Shown here piece by piece: positions 1-11,934 of a DNA stretch of 64,000 nucleotides (position 1 is its first letter; each line of letters begins with the position of its first letter). The stretch covers positions 8,122,001 to 8,186,000 of the forward strand of contig NC_092673.1 of NCBI RefSeq assembly GCF_964355755.1, in the 5' to 3' direction. The position numbers and the translations under genes are program-made. A model generated the notes under the pieces. It did no database searches. It was not told where the DNA came from and saw nothing but the letters and a program-made list of their open reading frames with translations. The DNA comes from Antedon mediterranea. Its lineage: Eukaryota; Animalia; Echinodermata.

Positions 1-229
1 ATCATCAATTTAAAGGATTTATTTGTTACTTTTTATGTGATTCTTCTTAAATGTACTCTGAGGCCCAATTTTAAGGTGTGGTATTCACAATAAGTTACTA
101 AACAAGTTTGGAGTCAAAAGGAAGTCGAAATAAAAACTGAAGTCGAAATAAAAACTGAAGTCGAAACGGAACTATAGCGCCCCCGTTACTACGGACGAAA
201 ACGCCGACGCGACTTTCAAAAAGGGGACA

Positions 230-632
230 TCTCCTTAAAACAGACCATACATCGTTATAGCGACCACCTCTCATAAGGGTGCTTCTCATAATCGACCACA
301 ACCTCCCGTAACGGATCACCTCTCGTAACGATCACCTCTCGTAAGTGACCACCTCTATTGAACGACCACCTCTTTTAAAAGACCACCTTTCGTAAGCGAC
401 CACACCTCTCGTAAGTGACGACCTCTTTTAAAGGACCACCACCCCCCTTAAGAGACCGCTTCTCATAATCGACCATCTTCCGTAACAACGACGTCTCTTA
501 ACGACCCCACCTCTCGTCGAGAGAGAGGTTGTGGTCCTTTTAAAGAGATGGTCACTTACGAGAGGTGTGGTCGTTAAGAGGTGTGGTCACTTACGAGAGG
601 TGTGGTCGCTTACGAGATGTGGTCGATTATGT
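230..632. repeat. Foldback/MITE-like remnant built from short subterminal repeats (CGACCACCTCTCGTAAG)
   Basis: Many degenerate gcgaccacctctcgtaa units at 260-515, followed by their reverse complement (cttacgagaggtgtggtcg) at 520-630; symmetry centre near 518. Termini not resolved. Confidence 0.6.
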
Positions 633-1190
633 ATCCCTCCAACTAAGGGCCGCTTTACTGACGCCACGAATGATCGCCTGTCTATTATTGTAATAGGTGC
701 TCCCAAATAACCATTCTGAATTTAATCCTCTAAATAGTGTAATTTAGTTAGAAAGTTAAAGTTAGAGAGTTAGAGACCAAATCTGCCAAAAACTACTAAA
801 CATGCGTCCCAAAAGTGGTCCTTATATTCGAGGAAGACTAGACCAACCTGTTTTTTTCTTCCACGGTTTCGTATGACCATATCGTCTTGATCATTTAAAA
901 AAAATGTATCAGTATATATAAATTATATTCCTGTCTCTTCATATATTAATTATATTAAAATTATTTTCTTTTGTGGTGACCAGTTATTGTTTGGATGCTG
1001 TTGCTATTGTATGCTGGTACTACCACGGAAACATCGTTGCATACTTTGTGTAGCCTTAACGATCAAATGTGCCTTCATATATTCCTCTCTATTCACTAAA
1101 GGATAAATTAAATAAAAACGAAAAAAAAAGTACACGCTGTATAAAGAGTTGGGAACCAGAAAACTGGTTTCATAGTGCAAGAAACACAAC

Positions 1191-2543
1191 ATGGCTGAAC
1201 TGGAAAAGAGCCCGATAGTGACGTTTGTAGAAAATCTTACCGACTGTCCCATGTGCTTCGATGAAATGGAGCAACCTAAGTTACTTCATTGTGGACATTC
1301 ATTTTGCTTAAAATGTCTACGTAATCAATGTGAAGCCAATAATGAGAATGACAACCCAAGTAATATTAAATGTGCTTTGTGTAGAAGTTCAGGCGAAATT
1401 CCAATCACTGGATTAGAAGGACTTCCTTCGTCTTTTGTGATCGAAGATGCAAAGCAATGCTTACGAAAAGTCGGTAGAACAAGGGTTAAACTTCCTGTAT
1501 GTGACAAAGCTGGCCACAATCAAGTTTTAAACGTGTGGTGCGAAACATGTAATAAACTAATATGTATTGTTTGCCGTGATCATCATTTACATGACGATCA
1601 CAGTGTGTGTCCTGCGACTCCTGCGAAGTCATTTGAAGAATACTGTAAACAAACGTACAGAAATGAAAAGAAAATAGCAGAACTAGAACTCGCCAATGCA
1701 AATATAGTATTGGAACATTCTCAATGTCAAACAAAAGCAGACTCATTGAGTGGTGAGATTAAAGATTTAAATACAGACAAAAATAAAATGATAAAACTTG
1801 CAAAAACAAAACAGGAACAACTTGTAAATATTACTAAAAGGCATGAAACTGAAATGGATAAAGTAAGATCTGAACATTATGAGTTACAGTATGCACTCCA
1901 AGTGCAAATTGAATCATTGGTTGATGAAATTGGAAGCTTAAATGTAGAAAATACTCAAAATGCAGAACGTTTGCGCAGAGACAAGCAAGAACATGAAAAT
2001 ATCAAGAACGGATATCAAAAGGAGCTTGAGAAAATGGTATCTGAACATCGTAAACAACAAATTCAATTACAAACTAAAATTGATTCATTAGCTGAAGAAA
2101 AAGAAAGCTTAAAATTCGAAAAAGTTGAAATTGCAGAAAGTGCAATGAGAACAAGAAAGCATCAAGAAAAGATCCTGACAACATATCAAAAGGAGCTTGA
2201 AAAAACAGAATCCGAAAATCGTAACTTAAGAGATAGGTTAGAGACTTCCCTTTCTAAGATTGAAAGATTAAACGAAGACAAAAGTAAAATTGTAGAAGAG
2301 GCAATCAGAGAAGGTGAAATCATTATTAGAAGATATCAATCGGAACTTGATGGGATACAGTCTGAAGCACGATATCGATACAATATGCAGATTATATCAT
2401 CACGTGATGAGAGAGCAAGCTTAGAACTAGAAAGAAGCAGAAATCTGGAACGTGAAAAGATACTAAAAAGAGAAAAACAGGCCTTGTTATTCGTATTGAT
2501 TATCATAATTTTGTCATTCTATCTATATATATTTTTCAATTAA
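1191..2543 (+). CDS. Single-exon TRIM/RBCC E3 ligase-like protein (RING, B-box2, long coiled coil, C-terminal transmembrane anchor; TRIM13/TRIM59-like architecture)
   Basis: 450-aa ORF: C3HC4 RING (CPMC...CGHSFCLKC...CALC), B-box (CDKAGH...WCETCNKLICIVCRDHHLHDDH), E/K/L-rich heptads, terminal hydrophobic ALLFVLIIIILSFYLYIFFN. Confidence 0.9.
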   Translation: MAELEKSPIVTFVENLTDCPMCFDEMEQPKLLHCGHSFCLKCLRNQCEANNENDNPSNIKCALCRSSGEIPITGLEGLPSSFVIEDAKQCLRKVGRTRVKLPVCDKAGHNQVLNVWCETCNKLICIVCRDHHLHDDHSVCPATPAKSFEEYCKQTYRNEKKIAELELANANIVLEHSQCQTKADSLSGEIKDLNTDKNKMIKLAKTKQEQLVNITKRHETEMDKVRSEHYELQYALQVQIESLVDEIGSLNVENTQNAERLRRDKQEHENIKNGYQKELEKMVSEHRKQQIQLQTKIDSLAEEKESLKFEKVEIAESAMRTRKHQEKILTTYQKELEKTESENRNLRDRLETSLSKIERLNEDKSKIVEEAIREGEIIIRRYQSELDGIQSEARYRYNMQIISSRDERASLELERSRNLEREKILKREKQALLFVLIIIILSFYLYIFFN

Positions 2544-3355
2544 TAACATTCCGTTTATTTTTTATTAATAGAGCATTCATTGATTGCCATGATCTAGGGC
2601 TGCAGCCAGGATCTGACTAGGGAGTGGTATGGGGGGGGGGGAGGTGTTAATTTGTTATATGACACCCTTAGATGGCCGGAAGTGGTACTCACGCAAATAC
2701 AATTCAAGATAAATGGCACCTCTATTTGGCCGGAAATAAAACTCTCGTGTAGCATGCAACAGTAAGCAAAACTATTAAATTACTTTTTTTTTCGCCGGTG
2801 TTTCCGCGTGTTCTGCGGATTGTTTGATCATTATTCACTTGGAATCCTGTTTTGATTGCGTTGCGTTCACAAGTGCGACGATGAGAACGTACGGGCGTCT
2901 AGGGGTAAGCTCGAAGCCGGTGTAAGAAGGAAAACTAAATATAACTTGTATTTTAATTATAATCAATTAATGCAACTAATCTGTATAATTATAAATTTAC
3001 GTAAGGGCAAAATTCGGTAAATCGCGCGTTACTTTTAGAATTTTTACTCGATGGTTGGTTCGTACGTACTGATTTTAACCACCAACCCTGTGTACTAATT
3101 AAGTTGAGTTACATAATTAATTAGTTATTGGCGATTAAAATGAATTTAGATTCAACGATTTGCCCCAGGTGTTTTTCGATCGTGGTTTACACTGTCCAAT
3201 GGATGTCGATGTCGAAAAATACCCGCAAATTTACGAGGATGCTTCGCACTTACCTATCTCCTTCTACGATAATTGTTTTTATTAGCTGACAACCGGTCAA
3301 AACAAACAGCTCGAGTACAACATCATAATGTTGAAGACCAGCCGATTTTCTTTAA

Positions 3356-3959
3356 AGGCCATGTGCGGGCAAAACATTTCTATTGATCATACATTCCAAT
3401 AATTATCGATCTATAGTTTCCCGGTCCCTATGTTTCATAATTTTTGGGATTTTATTTGTGTTACACAAGCTTGTTGAAAATAAGCACTTTCTTATCAGTG
3501 GGGGGATAGTTCAAATTACATAGTAAAATCTCTATTCTTTTGTACACAAATTTTGTAAATAGAGAGGCATTTTAAAAAGCTATGAAAAATAAACGGTGTG
3601 GTAAAAAATGTTATCAGATGACTAAATATAGGTAATATAACTTGAATATTACATTTCTGATATTTTTATTCAACTTCAGCTTTTAATTTTCATGCTATAG
3701 CAAAAATTATCCACTGTATATCCACCATCTTTTTTCACCGTCTAGGGAGTCACCAGACATTACATTACATTAGGTTAACTACCTAACTACTGAAAAAAAG
3801 TCTTTCTGTTTTTTATGGAAGAATTTTGCCAAATTTTGTATTTGACCATATTAAGGGAAATTCATGTTTTTTTTCGTCTCGATTTCTGTTACAAATATTT
3901 GATTTATGATGTACAATTAACCAGATATTATATTTAAAATTCATGCCTGTACCTGAGCT
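3356..3959 (+). mobile_element. Non-autonomous TTAA-specific DNA transposon, family A copy 1 (Kolobok-like, AG...CT termini)
   Basis: TTAA at 3352-3355 and 3960-3963; imperfect 16-bp TIR aggccatgtgcgggca / agctcaggtacaggca; close copies in reverse orientation at 20397-20990 and 45723-46309. Confidence 0.85.
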
Positions 3960-4119
3960 TTAAATACATACTATTTTGATAGATCTAATAATACGTTTAT
4001 ACAAAAGGATTGCTTGGCGATGAATAGAACATTTCAATCTCTCTTCCAAGAGTCTATTCCCATTCCCTATTCCAACATCACAGGCACAGAATAAATTCTA
4101 AACCGCCCATTGATATAGG

Positions 4120-6995
4120 CCTACTGAAATTTAATTATTTATGTTATAAGCATGGGGATTATGATAAGATGCGAATTATTCTTAGAAATGTAGAGTGGAA
4201 CAATATTTTTGTGGGAAAGTCTGACTTGCAGTCTTGGGAAGTGTTTAATAATATTATTGGCTAAGCAGTTTCAGAATGTATTATTTTTATTATTGTTTAT
4301 TCAGGCAAAAGATACATTTTACAAAATATAATACAAATCAACAAATTAAACAAACACAACGTAAAAGAAATATAAAATCCTAGTCACTATTCCAATGAGA
4401 AAAATGGGAGCTAAAAATGTTAAACCTTTGGATGACAACAGCGATTGAAAAATCTATAAAATAAAAAAATAAAGCTTGGAAGAAATCGTTAAAGCAAAGA
4501 GAAAGCGGAAAACACTATTAGTAAATGGGAAAGGTTTACGAGAAAAAGAAATGATTCGGTTAATTTAATTAGAAATACTAAGTCGGAGTTTGAAAATAAG
4601 ATTGCTGCGGAAGCTAAATCAAATGAGATATCTTTTTGGCGTTATGTTCGTTCTCAGTTAAATATACCTTCTGGTATCCCTGATTTAGTAGATAGTGGTG
4701 GAGTTAAAGTAACAGATGATTTGGAAAAAGCTAATTTGCTGAATTATTTTTAGTCGCGTGGAAGCGACTCTCTAGTCGCGTGGAAGCGACTCTCTAGTTC
4801 ACTATGTCGGTCGGTCGGTCTGTCGGTCTGTCTGTCGGTCCGGTATCACTATACGTTTTATCGCTTTCTGACCTTATCTTGATATCAGTTTAATCTAGCT
4901 AAGTCAATTTTTCACAGTATATTCCTTATGGCCAGGAATCGATGTGGTTATTTTTCCACGGTGCGCAATAAAAAATTACGCGGTCTACGCACGATTTAAC
5001 GAAATCACGTTTGTAATCATATCTTCACAACCATGAATCACAATTAAATAAAATTTGGTACTCATAAATTTCAGGGCATAAATCATCATATGGCAATACA
5101 ATTACGTGCGTAGCGCATGTAACGCATGCGTACGCGTGCTTAACATTTTCAAAATTTATTTTCGATGAAATAAGAGTACGTTTCAGGCAATTTTAAGCGT
5201 TTACAAAATTGCCATGATTGCGCAGATTTTTGCGCGCGCACTGCGCGTTAAATGTTATTGCGCACTCTTTTTGCCCGATTTCTGTTTTCTTGACTTACTT
5301 TTCAACTCGAAATTACGTTATACGAGCACGTCAAAAGTGACAGGCTACGCACGTGTAAATTAAAAAAATATAACTGTTTTTAAACATTTCAACATTTTTA
5401 AGCATGTTCAGTAATTTCGGTCAGTTGGTAGGTTGGTCGGTCGGTCGGTAAACACTAAGCATCTATATGGCCTTGTTTGAATCAGTGTTTTGTGATGAGG
5501 ATTTGTCCAATATTCCCGAGGTCAAATTAAGTACTAAATTAAATTTATCTGATGTTGTTTTCTGAAGAGGTTGTGTTGAAAATGTTATCAGGCTTGAATG
5601 TGGAGAAGTCTGCAGGTCCTGATGATTTTCATCCTCGTGTTCTTTTTTAAATTAAAGATGTTATTGCATTCCCATTGAGTGTTGTGTTTACTCGGTTATT
5701 TGAAAATGGCACTGTCCCTAAATCATGGAAAGAAGCCATTGTACCGTTATTCAAGAAGGGAGATAAATGGGACCCATCAAATTATAGACAGGTAAGCCTA
5801 ACTTCGGTCGTTGGGAAGATAATGGAAAGAGTTATCAGGGATGAACTTGTTGTTTATTTAGAGTCAAATAAACTTCTATCTGATGTGCAGTTTGGTTTTA
5901 GACAGGAACGTTGTTGTTGGGAAGTTTTAGAGGATTGGACTAGACTAAAAATCTGAAAATTTTGATTATGTTTATTTGGATTATTAAAAAGCCTTTGATA
6001 GCGTTCCGCATCAGAGTTTAATTGTTAAATTGCAAAATGTTGGTATAACTGGTTCGTTACTGGCATGGCTCAAGGAATTTCTATCGGGTCGTATTCAGTG
6101 TGTCCGAGTAAATAGTGATCTTTCCCGAAATAAAAGTGGAATTCCTCAGGGAAGTGGTATCGGTCCAAGTTTTTTTTCTATTTTTATAAACGACTTGCCT
6201 GATTTGATAAATTCGTCTATTTGTTTGCTGACGATATGAAGATTTACAGGATTGTTAATGATATTGCGGACTCGGAATTATTACGAACAGATCTAGACAA
6301 TGCTTCTAAATGGTTCAAAATGTGACAATTACCATTTAATGAACAAAAATTACGGAAATAATGTCCAACGATTTCTTTATGAAATGTCGGGTTATTTATT
6401 ATCGGAGGAAAAATGTGAAAAAGACCTGGGAGTTCAACATCAAGCAAGTATGCTTGAATAGTGTAATACAGTTGTAAATCCTATACTTAAGAAAGATCAA
6501 GATTTGCTTTAGAAAGTTCAGCAAAGAGCTACTAGAATGATTCCAGGGTTACGTAAATTATCATATAAGGAACGTTTGAGGATATTAGATTTACCAACTT
6601 TAATTTATAGACGCCATAGTGCTAACATGATCCAAGTTTTCAAAATTATAAATTGTATGGAGTCTGTCTCAAGTGATTTTTTTTTAATTAGATGTCGATT
6701 TAAGGACCCGTGGACATAGGTATAAATTAAAGTTTCATCGGGCAAAGTTGTTAAACTTGAGAAGGAATTCTTTTTCGTTCAGAGTTGTACTTCTGTGGAA
6801 TGGTCTTTCAGACTATGTTGTTTTGTTGTTTCAGCTAGTTCTTTAAATTTGTTTAAAAATAGGCTAAATGAGGCTTGGGTAAACCATCCATTAAAGTTTA
6901 CACCGTTTGTACAAAATGACATGATAACTGCGAGGGGCTTATAAGCAATTATGCTTCGCCTCAATTTCCCTCTATTCATACGACTATGAGGGATT
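4120..6995 (+). mobile_element. Degenerate CR1-group LINE ORF2 (RT), interrupted by a HINE
   Basis: Motifs GDYDKMR, KANLLNYF/FESVF (joined across the 4747-5478 insert), KSAGPD, P.SWKEA.VP.FKKGD...SNYR.VSLTSVVGKIMER, QFGFR, KAFDSV, SGIPQGS.IGP..F.IFINDLP, FADD, KVQQRATRMIPGL; frameshifts and stops. The aagt-type tail appears to resume after the Academ insert (9978-9998). Confidence 0.9.
4747..5478 (+). mobile_element. Helentron-associated non-autonomous element (HINE/DINE-1-like), copy 1
   Basis: Starts in a T run with tagtcgcgtggaagcgact (duplicated), (gtcg/gtct)n microsatellite, core shared with 21011-21833, ends ggccttgttt; removing it restores the CR1 frame. Confidence 0.8.
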
Positions 6996-9974
6996 TAGTC
7001 CAGTCCCTAAGGGGAGAAAAAGGGGTGGGATGTTACCAGACTGGATACAAATTTTTCAATATAGCAGTTTGGTAGAGTACAGTGTGGAGATGCCAAAACA
7101 AAGTTACTGGAAATCTGATTTGACCTCTGTGACCTCTGACCTCAATTTTTATATTTTTCTATTATATAACTAAAAATCGCCATATCTTGACAACGCAGGG
7201 ACATTTTGCATTTATTTTTTTTTCAAAATGCTTGGAAGATATATATTTATATTCGCTATAATGAAAAAAATTGTACAAAAATGGCCGCAAAGGCTTTATT
7301 TTTCAGTTTGACCTTTGACCTTGATTGCCTAATATCTCAATAACACGCAATCTCAGAGATTTGAGAATGGGCTCAAAATGTTAAGAAAATAAATCTAATA
7401 TTTAGTCTAATAGAAACTTTTTTCAAAAAATTACCATAAATTAAGCTTTTTTGACCCTTGACCTCTAATGTTTGAATATGTCAATATCTCGGTAACTATT
7501 TGTCCTAAAAAGTTCAGTTTGGTGTCAAATTGTTTAGAATATACACATTTATATTTGCTCTAACAAAATATTTTGTCAGAATTCAATTGGAAATGTCATT
7601 TTGAGCTATGACCCATCGTTTTGCATATATTTAGCAATTTATAATCTATAAAAAGAGATCGAGAGAGGGGAGGGGGTTGGGGTGGATGGAGAGACACATA
7701 TTTTTGTTACATGTTACACAAATGTTAAACTCTGTCTACACTATAACATTTTTATGTGACAAAAAAATGTGATGTGCCCATATATGGACACGATGAATGA
7801 CATATCACTACCATATTTGGGCACATCACACCTTTTTTGTTAAACTAGTTTATAGTGTAGACAAACATGTAAAAAATATGTGTCTCTCCATCAACCCAAC
7901 CACCTCCCCCTCTCCTGCTTTTCCAATGCTACTGCATGCATCTATACACATCAAAATGGCCCGAATTGTACTGGAAAGTTTTTAGCTGCATTTGAAAATA
8001 AGTCCCAGAGGATGGGTGTATTGTAATGTTATCAGAATTATGGCAATTGTTTGTAATGGGAATCCGAAAGTTTTAAAACTACATTTGAAATATTTGCTAA
8101 TAATATCACATGCTATTAAAGATATACTTATTTTCCCCCTGTCAAAAGTAATTTTGACAAATATTTTTGTTGAATATGCAATTTTAATGTCACACATAAT
8201 AGTTTCACCAAAATTGGATTGAAAAAAAAATGATATAGTGCATACCCAAAAAAACTGTAATTCAAAGCAAAAAATAGGCTGGAAGTCAATGTGATTTTGG
8301 ATAAATTAACTGTTTATTTTGTCTTTAAAGTGATATTTACTCTATTTTTTAGATTAGCTCTTTGATTAAACACCTCTTCCAGTGCAGTGAAGATCTTAAG
8401 TGTCGCCTTGTGTTACTGATCTTCCTTAACTTCTCTTTGAACGATCGTAATATATCAATATTTGTTGAGGTATAATATTTCCCTCTAATATGGTAATGCC
8501 TGTTTTATTGAGTCAAATGCTTTCTGATAATCTCTAAATCAAAGATTTGGTGATATTCATTTCCTTTTTATTTTAGTTGATTGACAAACTGTATAAGATG
8601 GTCCTACTGTATAAAGCCTTATATATTGGTTTATTTACTTCTAGTCGGTCTCTGATTTTGTTTTTTGATTACTTTTGTAAATTATTTGTGTACATGTGAT
8701 AATGTTCGTTTGGTCGGTAATGGTTGATGTCAGTTTTGTCATGTTTTTGTGGATTAAAGTATAATTATCATTGCTTCTCTTAATTTCTTCTGGTTTCAAA
8801 GATTTTGTTGTATAGTGTTATGAGCTGGATGTGTTATTGCCTCATCAAGCCAAGATGGTAATTTTGACTGCTCACTGGTTTGTTTTCCTTTTATATTCCA
8901 CTACAGTATGTTCTTGAAAAGAAATCAGCTTTGTAATTAATTTGTCTTTGATCCTTTTCAGATTTCTAATATTTTAAACATATGTTTTTCTTTTCTTCGC
9001 TTTTTCCTCACTGTTTCAAACATTTTATTTTTTCAGCATACTTCAAGCAATTAATTGATAATTAGGTCATATGTTTTATGAGTATCAAATCGCATTGGTT
9101 AATTCTTCTTTTCTTTCTTTAAGATCCTGATTTTCTTTGTTTTTTTTTAAATGTTATTTAACTTTAAGTTTATCTAATTTTTTGTTGATATTAAGTGTTG
9201 CTCTTACGGTGTAGGCCTACCATGCGATGGAATTATATATTGAAATTAAATTAAACATTAAGTTTTAAGAAAATTGTAAAAGGCTAAATAGGATATTGAA
9301 TGTAGTTCTGGTCCACTAAATCTATATTTTAGGTATATTATTATAAGTATGACACACGCACGCTTAACAGTATATCCTGGTCATACCTCAAACTGGCATT
9401 TCCAGTAAAAATATGATAACATCTTCTATTAGAGCTAATATAAATGTTTACATTTTGAACATTTTGACACCAAGTTGAACTTTTTATGACATTTTGTTAC
9501 AGAGATACAGACATATTTAAACATTAAAGGTCAAAGGTCAGTAAATGACATTTCCTGTGGATTTGGAAGAACATGTTTAATTAGAGTATATATAAATATG
9601 TATGCTCTTAACAATTTGAAACAAATTTCAAGAAATTTTGACCAGTAGTTATTGAGATATAGTAAGCCAAGGTCAAAGGTCAAAACATTGAGAAATTACA
9701 TTTCCGGTCGTTTTTTTTTAAAAAGTTCTATTAGAGCGAATATAAATATGTACCCTCTGATCTATTTGACACCAATATCATTTCAATTGTCAAACCCGTT
9801 GCGGAGATATGGCTGTTTAAGATAGAAATATAAAAATTGAGGTCAGAGGTCACAGAGGTCAAATCAGATTTCCAGTAACTTTGTTTTGGTATCTCCATAT
9901 CATGTTCTATCAACATGCCAAGGGCACACTTGTATCCACTATGGTAACATCATTTCCCCTTAGGGACTGGACTA
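6996..9974 (+). mobile_element. Non-autonomous Academ-like DNA transposon, copy 1
   Basis: 20-bp TIR tagtccagtccctaagggga / tccccttagggactggacta, additional subterminal inverted block (about 7086-7160 vs 9823-9897), 3-bp TSD ATT; TAG...CTA termini shared with the AcademX remnant at 24706-28775. Confidence 0.85.
8345..8640 (-). pseudogene. Decayed RTE-type reverse transcriptase fragment carried inside the Academ-like element
   Basis: Minus-strand translation across frameshifts gives DHL..VNQL..KGNEY, DYQKAFDSI, V(T/R)QGDT and IFTALEEVF, in RTE RT motif order; also present in copy 2 (about 21835-22120). Confidence 0.65.
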
Positions 9975-10045
9975 ATTACAAGTAAGCAAGTAAAGTAAAT
10001 ACAATAACGATAGAGATGAGGAAATCTGTCAGAATGAGAAAAAGT

Positions 10046-10118
10046 CGCCCCAACCGAGACTCGAACCCGGAACCTTCTGCTTGATATGCAGATGTCCTAA
10101 CCATTAGAACACAGGGGC
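10046..10118 (-). tRNA. tRNA-Asp(AUC)-like sequence embedded in a dispersed repeat (probably a pseudo-tRNA or SINE-related)
   Basis: 73-nt cloverleaf: acceptor gcccctg/ttggggc, D arm with A box, anticodon stem tctgc/gcaga around loop atatcaa, T arm ccggg-ttcgagt-ctcgg, G discriminator, then a T5 run. Second copy at 52584-52656 shares both flanks. Confidence 0.55.
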
Positions 10119-11629
10119 TTTCATGGTATTGTTCATTCTCATGATGGCAATTAAATTTGGCTACAAATTACATCGTGTTTGACTGTTTTCATTTTTACAA
10201 TTTCCAGTTATTAACGCCGCGCCAAAGTTCCTGTATTCGAGAGCCATCTGGGCAAATCACCTTGTCTATTTATCGTTCCTTTGCAACCATTCTTTTCCCC
10301 ATCCCTCAACCCTAATGTAACATACAAAACACAAATTGGATTTGTTTAAATTTGACTCATTTAGTGACTTTCTCTTTCTGAAGTAATTCCCAGGCTGCTA
10401 ATTTGAGTTGACTACATTGTCACCGTGTCTATTTATCGTTCCTGTAAACGACATGTAGGCCTATTTTTTTTTCATTTCTTTATTCGAATTCATAAAATAA
10501 CACAACATAAAAAAAAATACAAAGAATGAATTCAGGGTAACACAAAAAAGTAACCAAAGGTCAAACTTATTTCCATTATCTTCCTGCATTTGAAATCACT
10601 ATTTTTTAAAGCTGAAATGATACGTGTATTCCAGAACAATCTAATACTTTAATTTTATATATATATACTTCGTATTGTTAACTTTCTTGTTCGTAAATAA
10701 ACTGTTATTCGACGTCGTTTCATATTGATTTTTTAATAACTTTATTCAAAAATGTTTCTCAATGATAAACACGTGCGCAAATATGTAGGCCTATCATTAA
10801 GTATCCATTAAAATTAAGGGAAGAAGGGAGACAACCCGAATTGAAATAAGCCGTTTTATAAAACTGAAACCGATAGGCCTAACAAACTCAGTTTAGTGAT
10901 TTGTTAACTGTAAGTAGAATCAATATTACTATTTTCTTGTTTGTATACAATTATTATGCCATTTATAAGACTAATATTTTATTTTTAGAAGTAGCTTTAT
11001 GTAATGATTTAGTTTAGTATATTATTAACATATACCGCAACAGCATGTAGGCCTACAGTGTCACTATTGTAACTGCGAGGCCACTCAGGGACATAATTAG
11101 TATGGCTAGCTATTAATAGGTTATGATTAGTATAGTTTACTTTTTCGCCTGTTGAACCTGAACGGCAACTGTATAACTACTGTTTTGTTTTGTGTAATTA
11201 TTTTAGGGAGTACCTGACTAGAAGTCGATGTAAAGAATTGCAGTGTTGCGTAAGGTTCTATATTTTCCGTTAATAATATTTAAACAATTAAACAGTAAAT
11301 TAATAAACTTCATAACCTAGTACTGTAATATTAATAAGTTCAAGATAAAGTAACGAATTTCAACAATAAGTGGATGACAGTTATAACTATAGATTAATAT
11401 AGTTAATATTTCGCATAAACTATATTCTAATCACTAGTTTTTATGTGAACATATTGTGTTGGTCACAACACGAGCGTTGTGAAAACTCAACACGAGCGAC
11501 TTGTAAATTTAACATCAGCGATAGTTATGTCCGTCCTGGCGTGCCATATTTAAGCTTCTGATGAATTTGAAAACACGTGTTGCATTGCACTTCTTTTAGG
11601 CTCGCGATCGATAGAAGATTCTAAAAAAA

Positions 11630-11934
11630 ATGGATGACGGTGAATGTTATGAAGATTCTGATTATGAAGAGGAAGAGTATTATGAATCTGAGTATACAAG
11701 ATTTATGAAAGATTTTCCCCAAGGGTTAGGTATCCAGCCATATATGTATGAGCCTACAAGAAGTGCTTCCGACAGTAGTAGTGTGAAGAGCTACGGCAAG
11801 GAATCAGATAACATTGATTGGTTCATTGACCACTTTGATGATGATGAGGAGGAAGAAGAGGAAGAGGAGGAATCTGAATGCGAAGAAGAGGAAGGTAACA
11901 AGTGGTCTGATGAGCGGGTGGGAAATACAAATTG
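11630..11934 (+). CDS. Ballast-domain gene exon 1
   Basis: ATG at 11630, acidic region, ends NTN(W); donor gtatgt at 11935. Confidence 0.8.

Noticed and set aside
3356-3959. piggyBac assignment for the TTAA MITEs
   Set aside because: Ends are AG...CT rather than the CC(Y)...GG typical of piggyBac; this fits Kolobok better.
7992-8222. ORF conserved in two places (also 19961-20290; likewise 9731-9916 and 23206-23415)
   Set aside because: Conservation only reflects the near-identical transposon copies; no recognisable protein motif.
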